A DNA stretch of 64,000 bases. Origin: Eledone cirrhosa. Taxonomy: Eukaryota. Position numbers and translations under genes: made by a program. Of the stretch, positions 23,362 to 36,133 are shown piece by piece. The notes under the pieces are model-generated. The model was not told the origin of the DNA. It searched no databases and was given only the letters and a program-made list of their open reading frames with translations. How positions within the stretch are numbered: position 1 is the stretch's first letter; each line of letters starts with the position of its first letter. The DNA lies in NCBI GenBank assembly GCA_964016885.1, contig OZ024742.1, forward strand, positions 155,682,001 to 155,746,000. The letters are read 5' to 3'.

Positions 23362-26300
23362 CTACAGACGTATATTCAGAGTGGTCCCGTTCACTCGGAA
23401 CATTCTCGCTACATTCACCCACCTTTCAACAAACTTGCTAGAAAGCAGCACTTGCCTCTCCACCGTGATTTTCCTCTACAAGTGAAACTTGAAAAAGTTA
23501 ATTAGGGATTCGCCGAAGAGGAAAGTGTTTGTCTTTAATCCTTTTAACCTTGTCCACCACACAATATCTTTCGCCATGGCCACCAGGCAGATGAAAACCG
23601 CCTGCCCTTGCTCCGCAAAGGAAGACGGCGAGACAATCTGCACAATGGACTCAGTCGACAACCGGATCTGTCCCACACGTGACAGCAACTGTTCGACATA
23701 GCTCCACAAGTCAGCAATGCTCAGGCACTGAAAGAGTACGTGCACAACGGTTTCGTCGCTATGCGCGCATCTAGGACACGCTCGGCTGACGGCACTTCCG
23801 TGCCTGTAGAGCTTATTTAGAACCGGCAGCGCTCCCCGGTAGCACTGCCAGGCCAGGCATTTTTGGAAGTTATCCATTGGCCCCGGGCTGAAAGTTCTCC
23901 GGAAGAGAGCAAACAGCTGATCTTCTTCGACGCCCAGGATCTCTCCGAGAATGTCGACGCTCTTCCCCTCCACTAATCCTCTATAGAACGCCAAGGTGGA
24001 TGTCCCACCGATGCAGGTGCCCAACTGGGAGAGGACAGTGAGCGCCTGGAGACATTCCTGTTTCCAAGCGCTATCCCTCGGTCTTTTTCTGACCCAGGAC
24101 TGCTGCTCCGTCAAAGAGACCAGCTGTGGTAAAATGTGCCTGGCGAACGGCGACCACACCCGTTCACCATCAAGATGTCGCAGCCTCAGCGCATGTTTGC
24201 GCATCATCAGCCATGGCATGCCCAGTCCTCCACGCAACGGGTGTTGACAGCAGATGGATCGTCTGACCATGGGAGCGCGTCCCTTCTACAAAAAGCGGAA
24301 GAGGAGGCGCTCCATTCTGGTGAGAGTTGGGCTGGAGCAAGGGACGACGGTGAGGCGGTAGCAGATGACGGATGCGATGTACGCATTCGCCACTTCCGCC
24401 CGGCCTTTCAGGGACATCTTCCTCTCAGCCCATTTATGGGTGAGGGAGGCCAGCCTGCTCGTCACCTCGTTCCAGTTTTTCTCCATCTGGAGGTCCGGTC
24501 CGAACCAGACCCCGAGCAATGTAACCGGTCAGTCCGTCCAACGCCCCACGGCATGGACTTGCCTCTCCAGGTGCCTAGCTGCAAGACCACCGACTTTTCC
24601 TGGTTTATCTTCGCTCCTGTCACCGCTTCGTATTCCTTGAGGGCGGTGCCGAGCATCTGGACGTGTCTGGTGCTCGACACCAAAACGGTGACGTCGTCAG
24701 CGTAAGCCGACTCGGATTTCTCGCATCCTAGTTCGCGTGAGACGCCCCTCATCGCCCCCAGTTTGTGCAGTAACGGCTCGAGAGCCAATACGCACAAGAG
24801 GGACGAGAGGGGTCAACCCTGGCGGTCTGAGCGCGTGATGCTGAACGGCTGCGACAGGTGACCGTTCACCCTCACAACTGAGCAGATGTCACTGTACATT
24901 GCTGCGATCCAACGCCTGAAAACGGGCCCGAAACCGGCTGCCTCGAGGACCGCCGCCAGGTACCGATGGTCGACCCTATCGAATGCTTTGGATTGAACCA
25001 AGTTGATCAGGGCCCCACCCTTGCCAGGTTCCTTAACCACCCTCTCTATGCTGTATGGCATGAGGTGGAGTTGTCGTAAATTAATCTGTCCGGAATGGCG
25101 CATGTCTGCGCCTCTCCCACCAGACCCTTGACGACAAGCGCCAACCTCGTTGCTACCACCTTGGCCAAAATCTTGAACTCTGCGTTTAGCATGGTTATGG
25201 GCTTGAAATTATCAATAACATCCCCCTTGTTGGAGTCTTTTCTCACCAGCGCCACTGCACCCCGGCTCACACAACTTGGAATGCTCCCGTTCTGCTGCCA
25301 GTTGCAGTAGACGTCTGCCAAAAGGTGACCGAACAAGTCTGGCATAAATGCATAAAGCTAGTAGGGCAGACCATCTAAACCTGGCGATTTACCTCTTGTG
25401 CAGTTAGCCATCTCTTTCCGTATTTCACCGGCTGTTATTGGCTTTTCGCAACACTGTGCTGCGGTCGTCGAGAGCCGAGGCAGTCCATCGAGGTATGCAC
25501 TGAAGTCCATGCCCCGATCCGAGCCGCCGCCGCTCCCGAACAGTTCAGCAAAGTGATTCTGAAAAGCTTCACACATCCGCTCGGGTTCGAGCATCACGCA
25601 CCCGTTTTGGTCAGACAAAGACCGAATTGTGGCTTTATTGCCACATCGCGTCTCTGCCACCCGGGCCCATTGGAGGGCTTTTGACCCTCATGTTTCAGAG
25701 CACGCGCTCTAGCTCTGACAACGCAGCCTTCGTGTTTGGCGTTGAAGAATTGGTCGAGTGCCAATCTCGCCGTAAGCACGTCGGTTGCGATGCCTGTCCT
25801 AAACGCCTCTTCTAGCTTTCTGACTAGCTCTCCCTCTACTCTATTTTCCTCTATCACTACTCCTTTGCCAAACCTAATCGGCTCTACTTTAATTGCCCTT
25901 TTCAGGGCGAACCACCACCTGTTGTTGACGACCGCTTCCGTCAATGCCCGCTTAACTAATACGCTAATCCAGTCTCTGTAGGCCTTGCGCGACGGGAAGA
26001 CGCGTTCAGCTTCCAGTAACCAGGCCCTTGTCTATGAGGTCTGTCTATGTCGATCTCACAGATCACAAATTTGTGGTCTGTGTAGTCGACTATTTTAAAT
26101 TGTGGACAACTTATACTAGCCTTATCTAGTTCTCTGAAGAATACCCTATCGAGATACGATCTGGATGACCCGATTCGGTTTGTCCATGTCCACACTGGCA
26201 CATTCGGGTCATCCAGTCGATACCTGTCAGACAGTTCAAAACGTCTGAGCAGGTTGGTGAGGCTCTTGCACCCTCCTCCCCTATCCACTAGCCCCACACG

Positions 26301-26740
26301 ATCCCAGCGTGCATCCAAGATACCGTTCCAGTCCCCCACTAACACTAAAGAGCCGGACGTTCCAAGAAAGGTCTCTAGACGTCTGAAGAAATCTGGCCGT
26401 ACTGCCCCTGTTGGGCCGTAGACGGCTACTAGCCTGAAAGCATTGCCTTCGCTGCCGGTCACGTCCAGCACCACCGACTTACCTTCCGGGTCCGTATCGC
26501 GAGATCCAAGCCTCTACAAAAAAGGAGGGCAACCCCTACCCCCGATACTGGACGGCTGGGAGATGCGTATACATCGTAGCCGCCGAAGATTGGTGCGAAG
26601 GCCCGTGCCTCGGAGATTCTGGATTCACTGATGGCCACCACATCTATGTTTAGTGACCTGAGGTCATTGAGCATGAGACCCTGCTTCCAAGATGACCCCA
26701 GGCCACGTGCATTTATACTGTCTATTCTGAGTACAGCCAT
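23362..26740 (-). pseudogene. Tx1-type ORF2 of T2 (fragmented)
   Basis: MAVLRIDSINARGL, LVGDWN, SYLDRVF, TDHK (APE); KSPGLDGLP, SKAFDRVDH, AYADDVTV (RT); CPRC..ETVVHVLFQC. The lower coordinate is approximate. Confidence 0.88.
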
Positions 26741-26772
26741 GTTGGATGAGAAACCGGGCAAATAAGAAAGGG

Positions 26773-28681
26773 TCACTTACCTTGTTCGTGTGGTGAAGGG
26801 ACAGTAGTACCGACCCTTTCGCTGGTCATGGGTGTTTCCAAGAGGATGTCAGTGTATATCCTCTTGGTAACCGTCCCTCTGAAGTCTCCAACTGCGTTGG
26901 GGAATTTTGTTTTAAAGGTTTGTATTGTTTTATTGAGATTTCGATGATGCTTATGTTTGTCGGGAGAGTTCTTGGTGTTGGTGGGGTGTAATAGTTTTTT
27001 TCCGTTATGTCTGTGTGCTGCTTTATATATTTTATGAGATCTTTTTTTTGCTATGTTTATGGCTGTGTACTTTTTGGGGGGAGGGGTGATGTGTTGTCGT
27101 TTTCTTCTTGTTGCTGTTTGGTGTGTGTGTCTTGTTGTGTTTGCGTTGTTGGTGTTTGTGGTGGTGTTGCTGCAAGTTTCCTTGCTGCCTTTACCCCTCT
27201 TTGTATGCCTTCGCTTTTGGAGGGTGAATCTAAGGGTTTTTTTTCTTTTTTTCTTTTTTGTGGCAGACTGTTTGCCACTCATTCCCGCCTCAAACTCCAT
27301 GTCGGATTCTGTGGCGTCTGGGAGGGTTATGTGCTCCACGGCTGTTGGTGGTGATAGTGGAGCCCTCTTCGGTAATGTTAATGCTGGTGTAGCTATTTCA
27401 AATGTAGTTATTGGTGTTGCCGCTACTGATGATGCTGGTTTAGTTATCCGTGGCCTTGGTACGTGTGCTACGGACGTTGCCCTCCTACTCACCGAGGAAG
27501 GGGCTTCTTCGTTTGTTGCCTGTCCTGCTATTGCTAGCAGCGGACCAGGTTTTGGAAGGAGAGGGGGCCCTCTTCGGTGTCATCTGCGGGCAAAAGGCCC
27601 TTAGGTGACCTTTCGACCCACAGAGATAACATTTTGGCCGTCTTCCTTCTACACTTATAGGGAGGTGGAGTCCTTCCTCGAAGTCTATGATATCGGGGAT
27701 AGCCTCGATACATTCCTGGTCAGTTTGTATAAGCATCTGCATGCCTATACCTGACCAGTTCTCTCTCCCTATTGTTTCTACTTGCAGCATGGTCGCCCTG
27801 TTCTCAATTCCAGCAAGGACAGACGCGGCCAGCCAAGGTATGGGCACGTCGGGTGGGACCTGGGTCACTTTGACCCTCACAATTTTCTGCCCGGAGTAGG
27901 AGGGCACCAAGACTAACTCCTCACTCTTTAGGGTTTCCAAAGTGATGTGGGTTTTGCGTGCCCAGACGCACCCCAAGGCCTTTTGGATTTGAGCCTCCGT
28001 GGCTCTCTCCACTCGATGTGAGATTTTGCTTACGGTGCGGTAAGTCACCGTCCGTAGCTGCTGGTCCTTGAAAAAATCGGGTGGAGGTTTCAGGGAAACT
28101 CTATTTGCGCTTCTTGTCACCATGGCCCTTGCGACTGCCATCGCCTCCTCTGTGACTAACACTGTCTCGATATTTCGGGTGACACCTGCAAAAGAAGTGG
28201 TCCCTTTTTCAGCAGCACCACTATTGCTGCCGCTACTGGTCTTACTGGTGGTGCTGAGGTCGCTATTGCAGGTATCGGTGTCATTGTTGTTGTTTTCGCT
28301 GGTACAGTTGTTGGTGTTGTTTTCATTGATACTGTTGCTGCTGTTACTGTTATTGAGGCTGTTGTTATTATTGTTGTTTTTGTTGATACTGTTCCTACTA
28401 TTATCGTTGTTGTGGCTGTTGTTATTGTCATTGTTATTGCCGCTCTCGACTTTGCCGCTGTTATTTTTGGTGTTGTTGTTTGTGATGTTGTTGGTGTTAT
28501 TGTTGGTGTTGTTTGTGTTAGAAATATTTGGTAATTTTAAATCTGTAACAATCTTTTCTTCCTTTGTAATATTTTCGTTTATATTTACCTCCGCTGGAAC
28601 GCTGTCCTGTTGACATGCTGATAAAGTCTCCCTCACTCTGTGTTGTCTGACAGCGCTCTCTCTCTTTTTGGTGTCATCCAT
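26773..28681 (-). pseudogene. Tx1-type ORF1 of T2 (frameshifted), Asn-rich N-terminus
   Basis: 27485..28681 has GRRPKCYLCGSKGHLRAFC; 26773..27492 ends KFPNAVGDFR, matching KFPKDIGDFR of T1 ORF1. Confidence 0.82.
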
Positions 28682-28894
28682 GTTGAAATAAAAAAAAATA
28701 TATATGTTTACAGAAATACGAATACGACACCCCGTAAAGGGGTGCCGTATTATTTACTAGTGAACCCCTGTTTTAGGTGGGTCACTTCTAAACATTTATC
28801 AAATTTAAAGCTTGAATAAAATGTTTAGAACGGTTGAAAAAGAGGTAAAACGTTGAAAAAGACTGGAGGCGATAAGAAGCGTGGCTTCACCAAC

Positions 28895-28916
28895 AATAAT
28901 AATAATAATAATAATA
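28895..28916. repeat. (AAT)n, right boundary of the retrotransposon array
   Basis: AAT run followed by unique sequence. Confidence 0.95.
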
Positions 28917-29260
28917 GTACTACCACGTGGTGGTAATACCAATGACAGTTGTATTCGTGGAAACAGTCAATACATATATTGAGAAGTAAATTAAACAAAT
29001 AGGGATATTGCAATAAGATCGAAGACTAACAAAAGACAACACTGCTTGGAACAACTTAAATGATCCGGAGGGTACTCGAAAAATAATGGGTGTTAACTCA
29101 GTTCATTTATAGTGAATAGTTAACACTATAATACCTCTCAGGCGTTAGAATTCGAGCGAAGAAAACCGACAGTATTAATACAGCTCGTGCTGCAGCGGTA
29201 ACCAGACATATTGAATCGTCTTCATATAGAATGTACGTGAGCGAATGTGGGTGTTTGTGC

Positions 29261-29324
<64 letters not shown>

Positions 29325-29437
29325 GATTCCAGTTCCTCAGTGAAATACCAACCCAACCAGGAACTGGGCATATCAGAGTATTGACAATGTTAGACACCTG
29401 AACAACATGTGTACTCGTCTCTACCACACTAATTCGG

Positions 29438-29492
29438 ACTGCCTGAAGAGGTCACAGCCAAAGATGACTGTCACCGAAATATATAGAGCAGT
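29438..29492 (+). ncRNA. Candidate minimal type I hammerhead ribozyme
   Basis: ACTGC-CTGAAGA-GGTcACAG(loop)CTGTcACC-GAAA-TATA-TA-ga-GCAGT; palindromic stem III; two extra nt before stem I. Confidence 0.55.
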
Positions 29493-29622
29493 GATAAACG
29501 AAGCCAAATTTTAAAAGTTTGATTTATTTATTTTATTTTGTTTTATATATATATATATATTCATGGTGCTTCCCCAGTATGGCCACAGTCTCATGGCTGA
29601 AACCAATCCAAGAATATAAGAA

Positions 29623-29623
<1 letters not shown>

Positions 29624-29709
<86 letters not shown>

Positions 29710-29710
29710 A

Positions 29711-29741
<31 letters not shown>

Positions 29742-29833
29742 GTGTGTGTGCGTGTGTGTGTGTGCGTGTGTATGTGTGTGTGTGTGTGTGTGTATGTGTG
29801 TGTGTGTGTGTGTGTGCGCGTGTGTGTGTGTGT
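29624..29833. repeat. (TG)n microsatellite
   Basis: Read directly. Confidence 0.97.
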
Positions 29834-30874
29834 CTACATATGTGACTGTGGTGTGACTGTGCAAAAATGTAAGTTATGAGTTTGTAATTCTATACATATT
29901 ATAGTTGTAGCATTTGTATGAATTTAACTAAACTAGTCCAAGAAATAAGTCACGGAGGAATATATCACTACTTATAATCAATTAAAACACGCGGAGAGTT
30001 TAGGGGTTGTCTGTAATATTTCTATAACAAAACTAGTTAAGACTCCAACTATTAACTGCAAAGAGAGTGTCCAGCATCTCTGTAATAACATTGATTGGGT
30101 TGCTAGTGATATTTAGCAATTTCTAGCCATCCCCTGTGAATATTGCGCAATATTTCTCTGCATCTGCATTAGAGTAGAATATTGAAATTAGTTGAAGATT
30201 ATGAATCCATATACTTTATACTGTGGTAAATACAAAGTTATAACTGCTAAGTGCAGACTCACTGTTTTTCTGGACAAAGTCAATGCACCAGTAATTCCCA
30301 TATTAACGACTGATCTTTATATCTAAATATTAAGTAGGTAGCAAAAGATAGTAGATCTGTGAAATGCAAGTAGTGGTAGCTGTTATGTCGAGGAAATGTC
30401 CAGAGAATATCTTTTAATCAATTTAAATCAGACGTACATCACCAGTTGCCACAATTAGTCTGGTAGTGGATGATACCAGGCATAACGTCTTTGAGAGTTA
30501 AGTAGGTTTCAACAAATTTCCCCTATATATATACATTCATAAATACATACTTTCATACATACACACATGTAATAGCTGAATTAACACACACGTGCTTTTT
30601 TCTAGAAAAAAAAATAGAAAAAAAAATAGAAAAGAAAATAGAAAAAAAAAATAGAAAAACTTGTCTTCCTTTCTTCCTCTTCTCACTCTATTCTATGTTT
30701 CTGCTTCTACTTGTATTTCTCACTCTATATTCTGATGAAATTATGGAGTCCGAAACATTGGGACAATTTTCCTACTATATCAAGCGTTAAACTAACACCC
30801 ATAATAATTGTACTGTATAGATTGGTATGTTGTTTTCTGTTTAATTTACACACTCAAACACGCATATATACCCC

Positions 30875-30996
<122 letters not shown>

Positions 30997-31085
30997 CTAT
31001 TATTTCTAACCGATCCACTCACGCCACGAGGTGCAATATTCATTCGTGTAGCTTTTTGTTTTAGGTGTTTGTCACATTTCATCTA

Positions 31086-31173
31086 ATCTCGTGCTGATGA
31101 TGCCTACTGATTATCTGTTACAAACACAACTCTCAGGGCGAAACAGATTAAATCACTAATCTGTCCGGGAGAT
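31086..31173 (+). ncRNA. Type I hammerhead ribozyme
   Basis: Stem I ATCTCgTG/CGgGAGAT; core CTGATGA; extra T; stem II GCC..GGC; GAAA; perfect 7-bp stem III CAGATTA/TAATCTG; GUC cleavage triplet. Confidence 0.78.
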
Positions 31174-31434
31174 CAATAGTTATTGAAACAGTCTGTACAT
31201 TTTATTATGTATCCTGTATTTTACGTTTGATTCAGGTTAAATCTCTCAAACCAAGGTGATATCTCAACCCTCGTAATTTTAAACACAACACTTATTGTGT
31301 TTATTACTACATATATTATTATAGATAATTGTTTCTACGTTTGGCACAAGGCCAAATCTATAATGGTCAGTATTTATACTTTGAGCTTGTTAACTACAGA
31401 CTATTAATATGAGTTTTTAACTCTGCCTTTTATT

Positions 31435-31471
<37 letters not shown>

Positions 31472-34400
31472 GATATTAAACAAATGGAAACTATATTTAT
31501 ATTTATAAAACCGTATTTATTTCGTTATATATATTTCTGGGATATCATATTAAAAATATGTTATGCCTTCCTCAGACAAAATACAATACATAAGCTGTTT
31601 TATAAATAATTAGTGACATACCTTGTGATAATGCAACTTCCTTTTAAAAAGTTGATTTGGTAGTGAAACTGTTATGATAGTTATATAGAAAGAAAACGAA
31701 GATGAGAAGAAGAAGATGAAGAGATGTATGCAAAGAAAAACAACGGAGCGAGATAGAGAGACAAGGAGAGAGAGAAATACATTGATGGTGAAAAAACATA
31801 GTAGGCTGCTTTTTGACAGATGATCATCGTATATGTGAGATGTTAAGGGAAGGGATACAGTTAAATTAGTGTATAGGAGAAAAAGAAAGAAAGATGATAT
31901 ATTTAAAATTTATTTAAAATATATAAAAAATATGTTATGTCTCATCCATTTGAATTATCAATTTTTATGAATTAGGCACTATAATGTAAATATCAGTATT
32001 CATGAATGAGACACATATCCATAATGTGTGAAAAAAAATGACCACATGCTCTGTTAAAAATTCTTAGGTCTATAAGCAAAATCTGAGATAAAACTTCAAA
32101 CATAAGTATATATGCATTCTCGGGAAAAAAGAGAAAAGAGAAGGTTATCTCAAATTCAAGTTGATAAATATAGACGCACATGTGAACCTAGGTGATACGC
32201 TGCACTGATTCTTATATTTCATGAAAAACTTCAATGCGTTAGAAAAGATTCCACCCTACATACATTTACATACATATATACATATATATAGACACAACAC
32301 ATATAAGATATACATTAACATCTAAAATAACATTCGAGCCCCACTTGCATCATCATCGATCAAGCATAGAGTAGACAACAGATATCAATATTAAAATTAT
32401 AAACGCCAAGAATATCTTCGTCACTCCACAGAGTATCTAGGGACGCAAGAGAACATAGTATGCCACGCATATCGGTCATAGAATCAGAATCAAAAGCAAA
32501 CAAAACCAAAATTGTTCATCAAGCCTTATTTAGCAGAAATCATTCAAAACTTATTCTACAAATGCTCTTATATTTATTATAGAAGTTTATCCAGCTTAAA
32601 AATTTATTCAAAAGATTGGGGACAACGCCAATTATAGGGTAGTTTATTTAATCTCATTAATTATATATTCATGCAGAAAGGTTTTAAAAAAATCTAAGGA
32701 ATCGAAAGATTTATCGCCAAGTATCACAAATAGTTAAATACCTTAAGTAAATATACTACATTTTATATTACATTTTAAATTCATATTTATATTTAAATGT
32801 TGAGTTCAATCTATGTCTGCAACAGCTGAATAAATTGGTTCGTAAATTAAGGGAATTTTTAGATTTTAATATAAAGAATATCTCCTCCGCGCAGAGGTCA
32901 CAAGTCTCAGAAGAGGAATTAAAAGGAATCCCTTTTGAGACTATATTCCAAACCATCGAATATCCAACTTTATCATGCTTAAGTTGCCAGAGTAACCATG
33001 ACAGCGATGTTGAGGATTTTTTATTTGGATCCGTGAAAGAATTTTTGTGATTATTATAGCGAAGTTTACATTCTGTCGAGGTGGAACCAACATAATTAAA
33101 AGAATTTAAATCAGTTCTAACATTACAGTTGTATATTATATTTTTAACTAAGCAATTGTTATTTAGCGGACATTTAGATCTATCTCTACAGTTACAGTTT
33201 TTTAGTTGAATATTGTTTAGGCTATTTTCGGTATTTTGGCTAGGTTTTAGATTCTTATTATTTATTCTATTAATATTTTGTGCTAAATTTTTGGTGGACG
33301 AGTATGTTAATTTTATAGTATGTCTATTAAAAATTGAGTGATACTTATGTGTTCTAGGGAAGCGTTTGTCAAGAGCATTAAAAAATAGTTTAGCGATGTG
33401 GGTTTTAATGTTTAGTGAGAAAAAAGGGGCAAACCATATTATATTTCTAGTTCTATTTCTGTTCTGGTTTTTGAAATTATTGTTTTGCTTTCTATTATAG
33501 TTGTTAAAGTTGTTACAGTAATTAAAATTGTTGTTATTTTGGTTAGTTTGTCTATTATCGATGTACATAATTTTATCACTATATCCTGCTCTAGCTAAAG
33601 CTTCATTATAATACTGGGCTTTTTCGTCAAAAATATTTTTATTGGAAGAGATTCTAGAGATACGTTTTTGAACAGAGTTCACTATAGTATTTTTGACAGA
33701 TCTGGGGTGATTGGAGCTAAAATTGACATAATTCAAGTTTTCATTTAACTTGTGAAATGGATAGTGAAGACATGTGTTGAGATTAAATGTTACGTCTAGG
33801 AAATTGACTATTCTATGGTTATTCTCAATTTCTATTTTTAGATTAAGGTAATTAAAAAATTGTATAATTTGTTTTCTTTTCTTATTTAGTTCAGAGTTAT
33901 TATTTTCAATAAGTAAAAGCATGTCATCTCTATATAAACCTCCGGTAACACCGGGTATTTTACTATGCAGCGAATTAATTATAAATAGGCCCACAAGGTC
34001 CGTTACCTGAGCTGAGTCTGATGATCCCATAGTAATGTCAAAATTATTATCTCTATCTGCCCTAGTCCATAGTTGGTTATTAAATTCTATCAAAGTTTTC
34101 CTTGCCGATAATATAATGTGCATTTCATTGCTAGTTAGGTCTGTATGCTTGAATGCGTAATTTAATGCCTTATTAAGTAGATTCGGGGTAATGGATGAAT
34201 AGTAGTTAGCAATTTCTAGTTGAATAAATTTATTATTATTGTTATATTTAATTTAATTAAACCACTCAATGACCTCCCCAGTTCCCTTCCACATGGTCAA
34301 GCCAGGTAAACAATTCAAGTCCTTAATTTGCTGTATCACTCTGTCTAGAATGTTCTTGCTAAGTTTACCCAGGTCAGATTTTGATGGTGCAATCAACCTG

Positions 34401-35116
34401 ACTGGCAAGTCATTTTCAAAATTTCTCTTGTGTTCTTTCATATTGATCTTGGGTTTCCTAGGCACGAAAGGTTGTGTTTTGTTCTCAATTTCCAACTCAT
34501 GCATTATACATGATGCCTCAACATTCATTTTCTCAAGTTCAGCCTTATCTGCTACCTTGTACTTTTTCCTTAGTTCTTTCAGTATGAGGCCATTATACAT
34601 GTAATTTTCCACTCCATAGAGGTTGTTGGTTCTGTCCGATTTCACCAAGATCTTCTCTGTTCTCTCTAAGCTCGCAATATTATCCTTAATGCTTTTCAGA
34701 TATTCCTGGCCATTGAAGTTTCTCTTGAATCTGACTCCTTGTATGATAGAAATTATATCGTTTTCAAAATCATTGAAAAGTGTGTTGGGGGGTGGATTTT
34801 TTTCACCATCAATTTCTCTCTCCTTGACTCTCTATCTCGCTCCGTTGTTTTTCTTTGCATACATCTCCTCATCTTCTTCTTCTCATCTTCGTTTTCTTTC
34901 TATATAACTATCATAACAGTTTCACTACCAAATAAACTTTTTAAAAGGAAGTTGCATTATCACAAGGTATGTCACTAATTATTTATAAAACAGCTTATGT
35001 ATTGTATTTTGTCTGAGGAAGGCATAACATATTTTTAATATGATATCCCAGAAATATATATAACGAAATAAATATGGTTTTATAAATATAAATATAGTTT
35101 CCATTTGTTTAATATC
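31472..35116 (-). mobile_element. Penelope-like element (Naiad-like) bounded by ~325-bp inverted repeats
   Basis: RT plus GIY-YIG ORF pieces; 31472-31796 is the reverse complement of 34798-35116. Confidence 0.75.
32768..34800 (-). pseudogene. PLE RT-GIY-YIG protein, Naiad-like
   Basis: DFENDII, VKSDRTNNLY, PVRLIAPSKSDLGK, MGSSDSAQ, GLYRDD, FLDVTF, SNHP, CNC..CPL...C, IIY..YVG..RYNNH, CDLC..E, LN.R..CRH; frameshifted near 34,250. The upper coordinate is approximate. Confidence 0.82.
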
Positions 35117-35399
35117 CTAAACCTACTCCAGAAACTGTTGAGTGCTTTTATATCAGTTATAAAATATTTACTCGTTGTAACCCAACAATATTAAATAAAA
35201 CTTTTGCATATATATATATATATATATTTATACAGAGAGAGAGAGGGAGAGAGAGGGGGGATACTTTTTAAGTGTACTTTCTTGAAAAGGCTTGCTGAAC
35301 ACTTGTCGTAACCTAAATGCTGATTGTGAAAAATAAAAAAAAATGTCTGCCATAGGGTTATACATTTTTCAAAAAATCTCTAAAACAAAGATCCGATCA

Positions 35400-35560
35400 A
35401 ACATTTCATCCTGCTCCGGTGAAACTCTGGTAAGCTGCACTAAATGTGGCCTGGTGTGTAAATCAGCAGCCGGACTCATATGCCGTTTAAGGCAAAACCA
35501 TAAAAGAATTGAGCAGAGAAGATTGTTGAATCTCCATACTCCGATGTAAGGCTGTCGAAT
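35400..35560 (+). mobile_element. Probable LINE 3' remnant with a C2H2-like finger (RTE-like)
   Basis: CTKCGLVCKSAAGLICRLRQNH resembles the C-terminal CxxC..KS..GL..H finger of RTE-type ORFs; short and decayed. Confidence 0.4.
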
Positions 35561-36073
35561 CAATCATATATATATTAATTTATATATTCATATTTGTATA
35601 TATGTATAGATGTAGATAAATATACTTATTGTATATTGAATAACATAGGGGATGTTTATGAAAAACATTTGAAGGCTTTTCGCTGGGAATTTTAAAGTTG
35701 TGAACATCGACACACACCGAGTCTCAGCAAAAAGAGGAGGTAGTAATCGACGATGCCATCGTTCCTCATTTATTAAGTTTACCGAGATTACATATTTACC
35801 TGTCTTTGCTGAAGCTAAAGTAAGCTAGAATATTATAGATTTCTGTTATGCGCTGATGAAACACTTTCGCTATGAATCTTTAAGGTTGTGACCATCATCC
35901 CACACCTAGCCTCAGCAGAAGCAGGGTAGAGTAATGTGTATGTAATATATATGTATACATGCATATATATATATATATATTTCCTCTAGGGTTCTTATAT
36001 ATTTGATATATATTTTTTTTATCAAGCCCCTTTGGATTTCAGTCTTCACATTTGTTTATTATTACTATATAAA

Positions 36074-36129
<56 letters not shown>

Positions 36130-36133
<4 letters not shown>

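Larger units (their letters stand above)
23083..28894 (-). mobile_element. Full-length decayed Tx1-clade element, family T2
   Basis: ORF1 plus APE-RT-CCHC ORF2 fragments, colinear with T1; 3' end ...CCTTGTGGCCAATAAAGAAATCA(TTA)n; (AAT)n at the 5' side (28895-28916). Confidence 0.9.

Noticed and set aside
30730-30775. CTGATGA..CGAAAC hammerhead-like string
   Set aside because: No stem II closing pairs and no stem I partner; at best a decayed remnant.
32768-33210. Selenocysteine-encoding Naiad variant
   Set aside because: The CxC, CxxC and CCRH cysteines are all ordinary Cys codons in an open frame; there is no in-frame UGA to recode and I saw no convincing SECIS.
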